This document shows positions 53,318 to 62,466 of a stretch of 64,000 bases of DNA, in pieces (positions within the stretch are counted from its first letter, which is position 1; every line of letters starts with the position of its first letter). The translations under genes and the position numbers were made by a program. The stretch is from NCBI GenBank assembly GCA_902561355.1, contig CACEPG010000004.1:13133-77132 (forward strand), written 5' to 3'. The stretch is from an uncultured Alphaproteobacteria bacterium. GTDB lineage: Bacteria > Pseudomonadota > Alphaproteobacteria > HIMB59 > GCA-002718135. The notes beneath the pieces were generated by a model. It searched no databases. It was not told the DNA's origin and saw only the letters and a program-made list of their open reading frames with translations.

Positions 53318-54580
53318 TTAGATTTGTTCTAAAGGAATAGAAGAAAATAATTCTAAACCATTGTTTGTAACTAAATATTGATCTTCTAGTTTTATACCCT
53401 CTTTACCACCAACTTCACCTATGTAACTTTCAACACAAATAGTCATATTTTCTTCAAATATAGAGTTAAAATCTCCATTAGAATAATCTTTATTCGGATA
53501 TTTAATAAAAGGCCATTCATCACACATGCCGATTCCATGAACTTGACAAGGGTAGTGATTATCATAACAACTATCAGGAAGTTTCCAGGATTTTTCTGCA
53601 AATTCTCTAAAAGTGAGACCTGGTTTAATTAATTCTGCATTAAATTTTATATGTTCCACCGCTAAATTATGTAATTTTTTTTGTTCATCACTGAACTTTT
53701 TACCTTCTACAAATGTTCGAGAAAGATCTGCACAATAACCATAAGGTCCGACCATGTCAGTATCAAAAGCAACTAGATCTCCTTTTTGAATTTTACGATT
53801 ACTACATTCTTGAAGCCATGGATTAGTTCTTTCTCCTGAACACAGAAGTCTTGTTTCAAGCCATTCTCCTCCATTTTCAATATTAACTTTATGTAAATAT
53901 GACCATAGCTCTTCTTCCGTTATACCCGCAACTAAACTCCTATGCATTTCTAATATTCCTTTTTCAGCAACCTTTATTGAAGCACGTAAACATGTTATTT
54001 CATCAATAGATTTTATTGAACGTGCTTTTTCTAGTAAACTTTGAGCATTAAATAAATTGTATTTATAATTATTATTTATAGCTTTGATTCCAACTGGATC
54101 ACAAATATCTATTGCTAAATTTTTATTTTTAAAAGAATATTTTCTCATTAAATCATCAACTATTTTTGCAAATAAAGAAGCAAACTCATCTACCTTTTCA
54201 CCTGTTGAAAAAAAATCCCAACTCACTACTTCTCTTACTTCATCAATAGTGTTTAAATGTTTTGAAAGATGTTCTGTTTTTGGATAATCAAATAAAATTA
54301 CAGGCCCTGACAACGGTATATACACGTACCGTGCAAGAGTATGCATAGTAAATATACTCATGTTACGTGCATCAGTTGCATAACGTATATTAATTGGATC
54401 AAATAAAATTACTGCTCCTATATCTTGTAATTCCATTTGTTTACGAACTCTATTTAAACGATACAAACGCATACGGTCAAAATCGATTTGATCCTCAAAA
54501 ATTCTTGGTTTTATATTATTAAAATTCTTATTTTGAGGATTAATTTTTCTCTCAATATTCTTACTTTTAAATAAATTCAT
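53318..54580 (-). CDS. M24-family (creatinase/prolidase fold) metalloenzyme; DddP-like DMSP lyase candidate
   Basis: 420 aa. Pita-bread fold metal-ligand contexts FDTDMVGPYGYCADLSRT, QVHGIGMCDEWP, CVESYIGE and IKLEDQ. The block GGEWLETRLLCSGERTNPWLQEC resembles what I recall of DddP, but that is from memory only. Confidence 0.6.
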   Translation of the reverse strand: MNLFKSKNIERKINPQNKNFNNIKPRIFEDQIDFDRMRLYRLNRVRKQMELQDIGAVILFDPINIRYATDARNMSIFTMHTLARYVYIPLSGPVILFDYPKTEHLSKHLNTIDEVREVVSWDFFSTGEKVDEFASLFAKIVDDLMRKYSFKNKNLAIDICDPVGIKAINNNYKYNLFNAQSLLEKARSIKSIDEITCLRASIKVAEKGILEMHRSLVAGITEEELWSYLHKVNIENGGEWLETRLLCSGERTNPWLQECSNRKIQKGDLVAFDTDMVGPYGYCADLSRTFVEGKKFSDEQKKLHNLAVEHIKFNAELIKPGLTFREFAEKSWKLPDSCYDNHYPCQVHGIGMCDEWPFIKYPNKDYSNGDFNSIFEENMTICVESYIGEVGGKEGIKLEDQYLVTNNGLELFSSIPLEQI

Positions 54581-54667
54581 ATAGTTTTAATTTAATATTT
54601 TAAATTTATCTCAAGTGACAACTTAGTCAATTAAGATTATAGTTATAATAAATAGAAAAGAGGTATT

Positions 54668-55039
54668 ATGGATGAAGAATTATTTAAAAAAGGTTTAGAA
54701 AAAAGAAAAGCAACACTCGGTGCAGAATATGTAGAAAAAAATCTTGAAAAAGCAGATGATTTTACATTACCATTCCAAAAAGCAATGACTGAATGGTGTT
54801 GGGGTTTTGGTTGGGGTGATGAAGTTATTGATATGAAAACAAGATCAATGATGAATCTTTCAATGATTGGTGCTTTAGGTAAAATGAATGAATGGGAAAT
54901 ACATTGCAGAGGAGCAATTACAAATGGAGTTAGTAAAAATGAAATAAGAGCTATAATTCATGTAATAGGAATTTATTGTGGAGTTCCCCAGGCATTAGAA
55001 TGTTTCAAAGTTGCTAAAAAAGTGCTTGAAGAAGAATAG
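54668..55039 (+). CDS. Carboxymuconolactone decarboxylase (AhpD-like) family protein
   Basis: 123 aa. Reads TEWCWGFGWGD...RSMMNLSMIGALG...E...H, typical of the CMD family. Confidence 0.8.
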   Translation: MDEELFKKGLEKRKATLGAEYVEKNLEKADDFTLPFQKAMTEWCWGFGWGDEVIDMKTRSMMNLSMIGALGKMNEWEIHCRGAITNGVSKNEIRAIIHVIGIYCGVPQALECFKVAKKVLEEE

Positions 55040-55048
55040 AACAATATT

Positions 55049-55969
55049 CTAGTTGTAGATATAAAATATATATCCAACATAAAGAATCAAACCTAAAATT
55101 CCATAAGTTCTATCAAGACATTTTTTGAATAACATAAAAAATATAATTAATAATGTTACAATTATCATGAAAATTAAATCTTGATTAACTAAATTACTTG
55201 GCATTTTAAAATTTCCAAAAAAAGATGAAATTCCAAGCACACCCAAAACATTGTAAATGTTTGAACCAAGTATGTTCCCAAGAGCAAAATCCACTTTACG
55301 CTTTAAAGCTGACATTATTCCTACTACAAGTTCAGGCAATGAAGTTCCAAAGGCAACAATTGATATACCTACAACTGACTCAGGTATATTTAATTGTTTT
55401 GCAATACTAATTGCAGAACCTACAAATAGTCTTGATCCATAGATAAGTAATAAAATACCAATAATAATAAAAACAATTGAAATAACAAAACTATAGGCTG
55501 CTTTATCTTGTACTTCATCTATTTTTGGTTGACTGTTTTTAAATTGCAAAAACATTATTGTTGACAATGATAAGATTGCAATAATACCAAAAACAAAATT
55601 AAAATTAATTGAAAAAAATCCCATTAATATTAAAGTGATTGCTAAAATAATATTTACAAATCCTTGATTGATTTGATTTTGACTAATATCATAAATAGGG
55701 ATTAGTAAAGTTGTTGCAGCCATAATTAAAATTAAGTTCGCAATATTACTCCCAACTATAGCTCCTAAAGCTAAATTAGCATGCCCAGATGTAACAGCAC
55801 TAATACTGCTAGCAAGCTCTGGCAGTGAAGTTCCTCCAGCTACAATTACGATACCTATAACAAATAATGAAATATTTATTTTTTTACCTAAGCTAACTGA
55901 ACCTTTTATAATTATTTCTGCACCAAAAATTAAAGTTGCTAGACCACAAACAAGATATATTAAATTCAC
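55049..55969 (-). CDS. Ca2+/Na+ antiporter (CaCA family, YrbG-like)
   Basis: 306 aa. Duplicated alpha-repeat motifs GTSLPELASSI and GTSLPELVVGI. Confidence 0.88.
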   Translation of the reverse strand: MNLIYLVCGLATLIFGAEIIIKGSVSLGKKINISLFVIGIVIVAGGTSLPELASSISAVTSGHANLALGAIVGSNIANLILIMAATTLLIPIYDISQNQINQGFVNIILAITLILMGFFSINFNFVFGIIAILSLSTIMFLQFKNSQPKIDEVQDKAAYSFVISIVFIIIGILLLIYGSRLFVGSAISIAKQLNIPESVVGISIVAFGTSLPELVVGIMSALKRKVDFALGNILGSNIYNVLGVLGISSFFGNFKMPSNLVNQDLIFMIIVTLLIIFFMLFKKCLDRTYGILGLILYVGYIFYIYN

Positions 55970-56026
55970 AACGATATAATTATCTTAAATGTTTTCATGA
56001 ATATACTAAAAGTTTGAATTAAAATA

Positions 56027-57796
56027 TTATTGAATTATTGTATCTTTTGCGTGAATTCCAGCAACTTCAACAGGCGCTTTCATTGCATCTCTTCTAAATG
56101 GTTCGCCTAATTCTTGATTTAAAATTACCTCTATAAAAGTTGTGATACCATTCATTTGATCTTCACAAGATTTTTTTAAAGCTTCAGTTAATTCTGATTG
56201 GGTATTAACTTGTATACCTTTAAACCCACAGGCTTCAGCTATCTTAGCATAACTAAGTTTAGTATCTAATTCTGTTCCCACAAAGTTATTATCATACCAA
56301 AGAATAGTATTTCTTTTTTCAGCTCCCCATTGAAAATTTCTAAAAATAATCATAGAAATATTAGGCCAATCATCTCTGTTGCAGGATGTCATTTCGCTCA
56401 TACTTATTCCAAATGCTCCATCCCCAGCAAATCCAATAACTGGAGTATCTGGACATCCAATTTTAGCTCCTAAAACAGATGGAAAACCATACCCACAAGG
56501 ACCGAATAAGCCTGGGGCAAGATATTTTCTGCCTTTTTCAAAAGTTGGATAAGCATTACCTATTGCGCAGTTATTGCCTATGTCACTTGAGATAATAGCA
56601 TTGTCAGGTAATGCGGCTTGTATAGCTCTCCAAGCCATTCTTGGGGACATCCTATCAGGTTCACGGTTTCGAGAATCTTTATTCCAAGATGTGCCAGGAT
56701 CATCTTCTTCATGATCTAAACTTGTTAATGTTTGTAACCAAGAAGATTTAGTTTGATGAATTAAAGCTTTTCTATCTTCTCTACTATCATTTCCAGCATT
56801 AGAAGATAAATTTTCTAAAATCTGCATAGCAACAAGTTTAGCATCTCCACATATACCAACAGAAACTTTTTTTGTAAGACCTATTCTGTCTGAATTAATA
56901 TCAACCTGAATAATTTTTGCATTTTTGGGCCAATAATCAATACCGTAACCGGGTAAAGTTGAAAAAGGATTTAATCTTGTTCCTAATGCTAATACTACAT
57001 CAGCTTTAGAAATAATCTCCATTGCTGCTTTTGAGCCATTATATCCAAGAGGACCAACAGCTAAAGGATGCTTTCCTGGGAAACTATCATTGTGTTGATA
57101 TCCGCAAGCTACTGGAGCATCCAATTTTTCAGCCAAATTTTTGCATTCATCAATTGCATCAGCCAAAACAACACCTGCGCCTGATAAAATAGCTGGGAAT
57201 TTTGCATTGGATAAAAGATCTGCAGCCTTTTTAATTGCTTCAATTCCTCCAGATGGTCTTTCAAAATCGATTATAGCTGGTAATTCAATATCAATTTGCT
57301 GTGTCCAAAAATCTCTTGGTACATTTATTTGAGCTGGGGCTGATCCACGAATTGCTTTTAAAATTACACGATTTAATACTTCTGCTATCCGAGAAGCATC
57401 ACGAACTTCTTCTTGATAACAAACCATGTCTTTAAATAAGTTCATTTGTTCAACTTCTTGAAACCCTCCTTGCCCCATAGTTTTGTTTGCTGCTTGTGGT
57501 GTAACAAGCAACATAGGAGTATGATTCCAATAAGCAGTTTTAATTGGCGTAACAAAACCAGTAATTCCAGGTCCATTTTGGGCAATACACATAGCAATTT
57601 TACCGGTTGCACGTGTGTAGCCATCTGCCATTATTCCACCATTTGATTCATGAGCAACATCCCAAAAAGTTATACCTGCCTTTGGAAACAAATCAGAAAT
57701 AGGCATAAATGCAGAACCTATGATACCAAAAGAGTGCTGTATTCCATGCTTTTGCAGCACTTTTACAAAAGCCTCTTCTGTAGTCATTTTTGCCAT
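56027..57796 (-). CDS. xsc: Sulfoacetaldehyde acetyltransferase (ThDP-dependent)
   Basis: 589 aa. The N-terminus MAKMTTEEAFVKVLQKHGIQHSFGIIGSAFMPISDLFPKAGITFWDVAHE is characteristic of Xsc. ThDP motif GDGAFGISMSEM...N. Confidence 0.85.
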   Translation of the reverse strand: MAKMTTEEAFVKVLQKHGIQHSFGIIGSAFMPISDLFPKAGITFWDVAHESNGGIMADGYTRATGKIAMCIAQNGPGITGFVTPIKTAYWNHTPMLLVTPQAANKTMGQGGFQEVEQMNLFKDMVCYQEEVRDASRIAEVLNRVILKAIRGSAPAQINVPRDFWTQQIDIELPAIIDFERPSGGIEAIKKAADLLSNAKFPAILSGAGVVLADAIDECKNLAEKLDAPVACGYQHNDSFPGKHPLAVGPLGYNGSKAAMEIISKADVVLALGTRLNPFSTLPGYGIDYWPKNAKIIQVDINSDRIGLTKKVSVGICGDAKLVAMQILENLSSNAGNDSREDRKALIHQTKSSWLQTLTSLDHEEDDPGTSWNKDSRNREPDRMSPRMAWRAIQAALPDNAIISSDIGNNCAIGNAYPTFEKGRKYLAPGLFGPCGYGFPSVLGAKIGCPDTPVIGFAGDGAFGISMSEMTSCNRDDWPNISMIIFRNFQWGAEKRNTILWYDNNFVGTELDTKLSYAKIAEACGFKGIQVNTQSELTEALKKSCEDQMNGITTFIEVILNQELGEPFRRDAMKAPVEVAGIHAKDTIIQ

Positions 57797-57900
57797 ATTT
57801 AATTCTCCAAATTATTCGTTATGTTATCTTTATAAATTTATAATTACAAAGTTGAACTATAATAATTTTATATCATAATCTATATAATAAATAAAAACTG

Positions 57901-59799
57901 ATGAAAAAAAATCAAATAAATAAAAATAATTCTAAAGAATTTTTGCAAGAAAATGTAAATTCCACTTTAAAAGGACAAGATATAATTAAATTTATAGCTA
58001 AAACTTTGCCACATCAACCAGGCGTTTATCAAATGGAAGATAATGATGGAAAAATCTTATATATAGGGAAAGCAAAAAACCTAGCTAAAAGAGTAATCAA
58101 TTATACTTCTCTTAATACTTTAACTCGACGTTTACAAAGAATGGTAAGCTTAACTAGAAAAATGAATTTTTTTGTTACAAACACAGAAATTGAAGCTTTG
58201 TTATTAGAATGTAATTTAATTAAAAGACATAAACCTAGGTTTAATATAATATTACGAGACGACAAATCATTTCCTTATATTCTTATTAATAAAGAATTTT
58301 CATATGCTAGGTTGCAGAAATATAGAGGGCTAAAAAAATTTAAAGGAGATTATTTTGGTCCATTTGTATCGCCTTCTGTAGCTAATTACACAATAATAGC
58401 ACTTCAAAAAGCTTTTTTATTAAGAAGCTGTACTGAAGGAACATTTCACAATCGTTCAAGACCTTGTTTATTATATGATATTAAAAGATGCAGTGCACCC
58501 TGTGTAGGATATATTAGTAATAATAAATATTTAGAAAGTATAGATGATGCAAAAAAATTTTTAAAAGGAAATACAAAAAAAATTGAAAAAAAGTTGAACT
58601 TAAAAATGCAAATTGCAAGTAAAAAACAAATGTACGAAGAAGCTGCAAGATTGCGCGATAGAATTAAATCTATAAACCAAATTCAAAAATATCAATCTGT
58701 TTATATAAAAGAAATGCGAAATATAGATATTTTTGCAATTAAATTAGTCGATGGAAAAAGTTGTATACATGGAAAATTCTACAGAAATGGAAGTAATTAT
58801 GGGAATAAATCATTTTTTCCCTCTCATGAAGTAACAGCTCAAGAAAATGAAATTTTAGAATCTTTTTTATATCAATTTTATGCTGACAAAGATGTTCCTC
58901 CTAAAATATTAATCAATCTTTCAGAGTCATTATTCAAAGAGGTTGAAAAAATACTTAAATTAAAAAATAAAATTAAAACAAGTATTCTTAGACCAAAATC
59001 AGGTGAAAAACTTCAACATGTGCTTCTTGCTGAAAAAAATGCTTTTGAAAGCATCAAGTTAAAAAGATCAAGTTTAGAATCTCATCTCTCTGCCCTTAAT
59101 CGTTTAGAAAAATTACTAAATTTAAAAATAAAACTAAAAAGAATAGAAATATTTGACAATAGTCATACTGCAGGAAAAAATGCAATGGGAGTAATGGTAG
59201 TTTCAGACAGAGATGGTCTCAGTCCCAAACATTATAGAAAATATAATATAAAATACGATAAGCCATTAAAAAAATTATCTACTAACGATGATTATTATAT
59301 GATGGAAGAAGTGTTAACTAGAAGATTGAGAAGATTAAATGAATCTGAAAATGTTATATTGCCAGATTTGATTATTTTAGATGGAGGAAGAGGTCAATTT
59401 AATACCGTATTAAAAATAATTAAAAAACTTGTTAAAAAAAATATTAATTTATTAAGTGTATCTAAAGGTCCAAATAGGAATTCAGGCAGAGAAATTATTC
59501 ACCTAAAGGATAAAAATATTAATCTTAAACCAAATGATCCACTTTTACATTTTATTCAACGTCTAAGAGATGAGGCTCATAGGTTTGCTATAACTTCACA
59601 CCGATCAAAAAGATTTAAATCAAGCGTAAAATCAGTATTTGATGAATTAAAAGGAATTGGGCCAAAAAGAAAAAAAATGCTTATGTTGCATTTTGGAACT
59701 GTGGACAAAATTAAATCAGCAACATTAAATGACTTAAAAAAAATTAAGACTATTCCAATTAAACAATTAAAAGAGATATATGAATTTTTTAATAGCTAA
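57901..59799 (+). CDS. uvrC: Excinuclease ABC subunit C
   Basis: 632 aa. GIY-YIG domain (GVYQMEDNDGKILYIGKAKNLAKR), UVR domain (YEEAARLRDRI), and a C-terminal endonuclease plus (HhH)2 domain. Confidence 0.92.
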   Translation: MKKNQINKNNSKEFLQENVNSTLKGQDIIKFIAKTLPHQPGVYQMEDNDGKILYIGKAKNLAKRVINYTSLNTLTRRLQRMVSLTRKMNFFVTNTEIEALLLECNLIKRHKPRFNIILRDDKSFPYILINKEFSYARLQKYRGLKKFKGDYFGPFVSPSVANYTIIALQKAFLLRSCTEGTFHNRSRPCLLYDIKRCSAPCVGYISNNKYLESIDDAKKFLKGNTKKIEKKLNLKMQIASKKQMYEEAARLRDRIKSINQIQKYQSVYIKEMRNIDIFAIKLVDGKSCIHGKFYRNGSNYGNKSFFPSHEVTAQENEILESFLYQFYADKDVPPKILINLSESLFKEVEKILKLKNKIKTSILRPKSGEKLQHVLLAEKNAFESIKLKRSSLESHLSALNRLEKLLNLKIKLKRIEIFDNSHTAGKNAMGVMVVSDRDGLSPKHYRKYNIKYDKPLKKLSTNDDYYMMEEVLTRRLRRLNESENVILPDLIILDGGRGQFNTVLKIIKKLVKKNINLLSVSKGPNRNSGREIIHLKDKNINLKPNDPLLHFIQRLRDEAHRFAITSHRSKRFKSSVKSVFDELKGIGPKRKKMLMLHFGTVDKIKSATLNDLKKIKTIPIKQLKEIYEFFNS

Positions 59800-59827
59800 C
59801 AATAAAATCTTACACTAAAAAAAAATT

Positions 59828-60376
59828 ATGAAATACAACATATCAAATATCTTAACATTATTAAGAATTATAGTAATCCCAGTTATTGTTATTTGTATAT
59901 ATTTAAAAAATCCTGTTTATGGGTGGTTAGGTTTTGTTCTTTTTTGTATAGCAAGCATAACAGATTATTTTGATGGATATATTGCTAGAATAAGAAATGA
60001 AATTACAAATTTTGGAACATTTCTTGATCCAATTGCTGACAAGTTACTTGTAGCTGCAGTTATACTAATATTGACATCAAAAGAAGTGATTGCAGATTGG
60101 GAAACTATTCCTGCATTAATAATATTACTAAGAGAAATAGCAGTATCTGGTTTGAGGGAATATTTAGCTGGTATAAAAGTTAGTGTACCTGCTTCTAGAA
60201 TCTCTAAAATTAAAACTTCAATTCAACTTATCGCTCTTGCATTATTAATTTTAATTGAAAGTGGAGTAAGTATAATACCTATTTTATTGATTGGCAAACT
60301 TGCTTTATGGATTGCAGGTATTTTAACACTATATACTGGATATGATTATTTAAAATCAGGATTAAGACATTTTTAA
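59828..60376 (+). CDS. pgsA: CDP-diacylglycerol--glycerol-3-phosphate 3-phosphatidyltransferase
   Basis: 182 aa. CDP-alcohol phosphatidyltransferase motif DYFDGYIARIRNEITNFGTFLDPIADK. Confidence 0.88.
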   Translation: MKYNISNILTLLRIIVIPVIVICIYLKNPVYGWLGFVLFCIASITDYFDGYIARIRNEITNFGTFLDPIADKLLVAAVILILTSKEVIADWETIPALIILLREIAVSGLREYLAGIKVSVPASRISKIKTSIQLIALALLILIESGVSIIPILLIGKLALWIAGILTLYTGYDYLKSGLRHF

Positions 60377-60622
60377 ATGCAGATAAAATATTTTGCTTGG
60401 ATTAAAGATATTACTCTATGTGATGAGGAAAAGTTAGACGACATTAAGATAAATGATATAGAAAATTTAAAATTATTTCTTATCAACAAGTATCCTAATT
60501 TAAAAAAACATATTCAACAAAAAATATTAAGATTTGCAATAAATAAAGAATATATATCAAATAATTCGAATTTAAAAAATGATGATGAAGTAGCTATTTT
60601 TCCTCCCGTAAGTGGGGGATAA
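60377..60622 (+). CDS. moaD: Molybdopterin synthase sulfur-carrier subunit
   Basis: 81 aa, ubiquitin-like size, C-terminal FPPVSGG. Immediately precedes moaE. Confidence 0.85.
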   Translation: MQIKYFAWIKDITLCDEEKLDDIKINDIENLKLFLINKYPNLKKHIQQKILRFAINKEYISNNSNLKNDDEVAIFPPVSGG

Positions 60623-61038
60623 TGATTAAAATTCAAAAAGAAAATTTTAATGTTGAAACTGAAATTGAATCTATCAAATCATTATATTCCGATATAGGCG
60701 CAGTAACAACATTCATAGGTTATGTAAGAGATACTAACAATAATAAAATTGTAAAATCAATTAATTTAGAAGTGTATGAAGAAATGGCTTTAAAAGAACT
60801 GAACAAAATAATTATTAAAGCTAAACAAAAATGGTCATTGATTGATTGTCTTATTATTCATCGATATGGAAATTTAAAAGTGAATGATAAAATAGTATTA
60901 GTTGCAAGTTTTTCAAAACATAGAATTGATAGTTTTGAATCTTGCAATTACATAATGAATTATCTTAAGAAAGATGCACCTTTTTGGAAAAAAGAAAATT
61001 ATAATAATGAGAGTAAGTGGTTAACAAATACTAACTAG
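60622..61038 (+). CDS. moaE: Molybdopterin synthase catalytic subunit
   Basis: 138 aa. Reads GAVTTFIGYVRD, HRYGNLKVNDKIVLVA and APFWKKE. Confidence 0.88.
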   Translation: MIKIQKENFNVETEIESIKSLYSDIGAVTTFIGYVRDTNNNKIVKSINLEVYEEMALKELNKIIIKAKQKWSLIDCLIIHRYGNLKVNDKIVLVASFSKHRIDSFESCNYIMNYLKKDAPFWKKENYNNESKWLTNTN

Positions 61039-61915
61039 TTTTACTAACTAAATTACTAAAGTCACCCATAAATTTAAAAGTTGTTGTATTATCCCCAGTA
61101 TTAAAATTTATATTATCAATTGATCTAATAGGAGTAATTTCAGCAGCAGTACCAGTTAAAAAAGCTTCATCGTATTTACTTATTTCTTCTGGTAAAATAT
61201 GACGTTCTGTAATTTCAAATCCTTGACTTTTAGACATTTCAATAACTGTTTGACGAGTAATGCCATTTAAAAAACAGTCAGGAATAGGTGTATGAATACT
61301 TTTATCTTGAATAAAAAAAATATTTGCTCCAGTTCCTTCAGCAACATACCCTCGATAATCAAGCATAAGCGCATCATGATATCCTTTTTTTTCAGCATAT
61401 TCTTTTGACATTGTACAAATAATATATGGGCCAGATGCTTTTGCTTCATAAGGAGCTGTATCTGGTGCTGGTCTTTTCCAAGGTGATGTTATTAATCGTA
61501 AACCAGCTTTTCTATCTTCAATCTTATAATATGAATCCCAATCATCCCAAACAGCAATTGCAACATTGATATCTGAATTTGATGTTGAAAGACCCATTTG
61601 ATTTCCACCTCGCCAAGCTATAGGTCTCACATAGCAATCCTTTAAATTCATTTTTTTAATTAATTCATTTTTTGCTAGATTAATTTCCTCTTCAGAATAG
61701 GGTAAGTTCATGCCTATTATTTCAGCTGATTTAAAAAAACGAATCGTGTGTTCATTAGATTTAAAAATTTTTCCATTATAAGCTCGTTCACCTTCAAATA
61801 CAGCACTGGCATAATGTAATCCCTGAGAAATAATATGTGCTTTTGCATTTTTCCATTCGATAAACTCTCCATTCAACCATATCAAGCCATCTCTATTTTC
61901 AAACGATTTCGTCAT
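61031..61915 (-). CDS. ilvE: Branched-chain-amino-acid aminotransferase (class IV)
   Basis: 294 aa. Reads HYASAVFEGERAY, EGTGANIFF and GITR. Its 3' end overlaps moaE convergently. Confidence 0.9.
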   Translation of the reverse strand: MTKSFENRDGLIWLNGEFIEWKNAKAHIISQGLHYASAVFEGERAYNGKIFKSNEHTIRFFKSAEIIGMNLPYSEEEINLAKNELIKKMNLKDCYVRPIAWRGGNQMGLSTSNSDINVAIAVWDDWDSYYKIEDRKAGLRLITSPWKRPAPDTAPYEAKASGPYIICTMSKEYAEKKGYHDALMLDYRGYVAEGTGANIFFIQDKSIHTPIPDCFLNGITRQTVIEMSKSQGFEITERHILPEEISKYDEAFLTGTAAEITPIRSIDNINFNTGDNTTTFKFMGDFSNLVSKTS

Positions 61916-61977
61916 TTTTTGTAAGTTAAAATTTTTTAAATGACAATTGACTATCAGTGATGCATAATTAAGTCAAT

Positions 61978-62466
61978 ATGGCTGACCTAAATAAGTTGTT
62001 AACACCTCTTTTCTTGAATGAGAAGGAAATAAGAAAAGTAATCGAACTTCTATTTTTTTCATATAGAGATTTCACAGCTGGACCTGATAAGATACTTGAA
62101 AAACTTGGTTTTGGAAGAGCTCATCATAGAGTGATATATTTTGTCGGTAAACAACAAAAACTTACAATAAAAGATTTGTTAACTATTCTTCAAATTACTA
62201 AACAAAGCTTATCTCGTGTCCTTAATCAATTAGTTAAAGAAAAATATATAATAGTATCAACTGGAATAGATAAAAGAACAAAAAATTTATCTTTGACAAA
62301 AAAGGGTCAGGAGCTTGAAAATGAGCTTTCCACAATCCAAATAAAAAAAATAAGAAAAATAATTAAAAACTATGATGAGACTGACATTAACGGATTCAAA
62401 AAAGTTTTGTATTCTATGATAGAAGAAAAAAATAAATTAAAATTTAATGAGATAAATTATAAATAA
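61978..62466 (+). CDS. MarR-family transcriptional regulator
   Basis: 162 aa. Winged-helix segment LTIKDLLTILQITKQSLSRVLNQLVKEKYI....DKRTKNLSLTKKG. Confidence 0.85.
   Translation: MADLNKLLTPLFLNEKEIRKVIELLFFSYRDFTAGPDKILEKLGFGRAHHRVIYFVGKQQKLTIKDLLTILQITKQSLSRVLNQLVKEKYIIVSTGIDKRTKNLSLTKKGQELENELSTIQIKKIRKIIKNYDETDINGFKKVLYSMIEEKNKLKFNEINYK

Noticed and set aside
6758-61449. Many 60-170-aa ORFs in the supplied track lie inside longer ORFs. Most are antisense; a few are on the same strand in another frame. They are 6758-6970, 7415-7690, 9046-9309, 11010-11375, 12254-12487, 15121-15387, 15290-15505, 16271-16456, 17756-18016, 18453-18638, 20255-20761, 26227-26445, 28160-28366, 31809-32057, 33957-34148, 37883-38074, 40034-40258, 40534-40719, 48027-48290, 48704-48913, 48924-49142, 54084-54287, 55225-55410, 55257-55442, 57141-57332, 57442-57624, 57446-57646 and 61267-61449.
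   Set aside because: Each is fully or almost fully embedded in a longer ORF that has clear family motifs. Their translations are low-complexity with no motifs. Such shadow ORFs are expected in AT-rich DNA when the opposite frame is coding.
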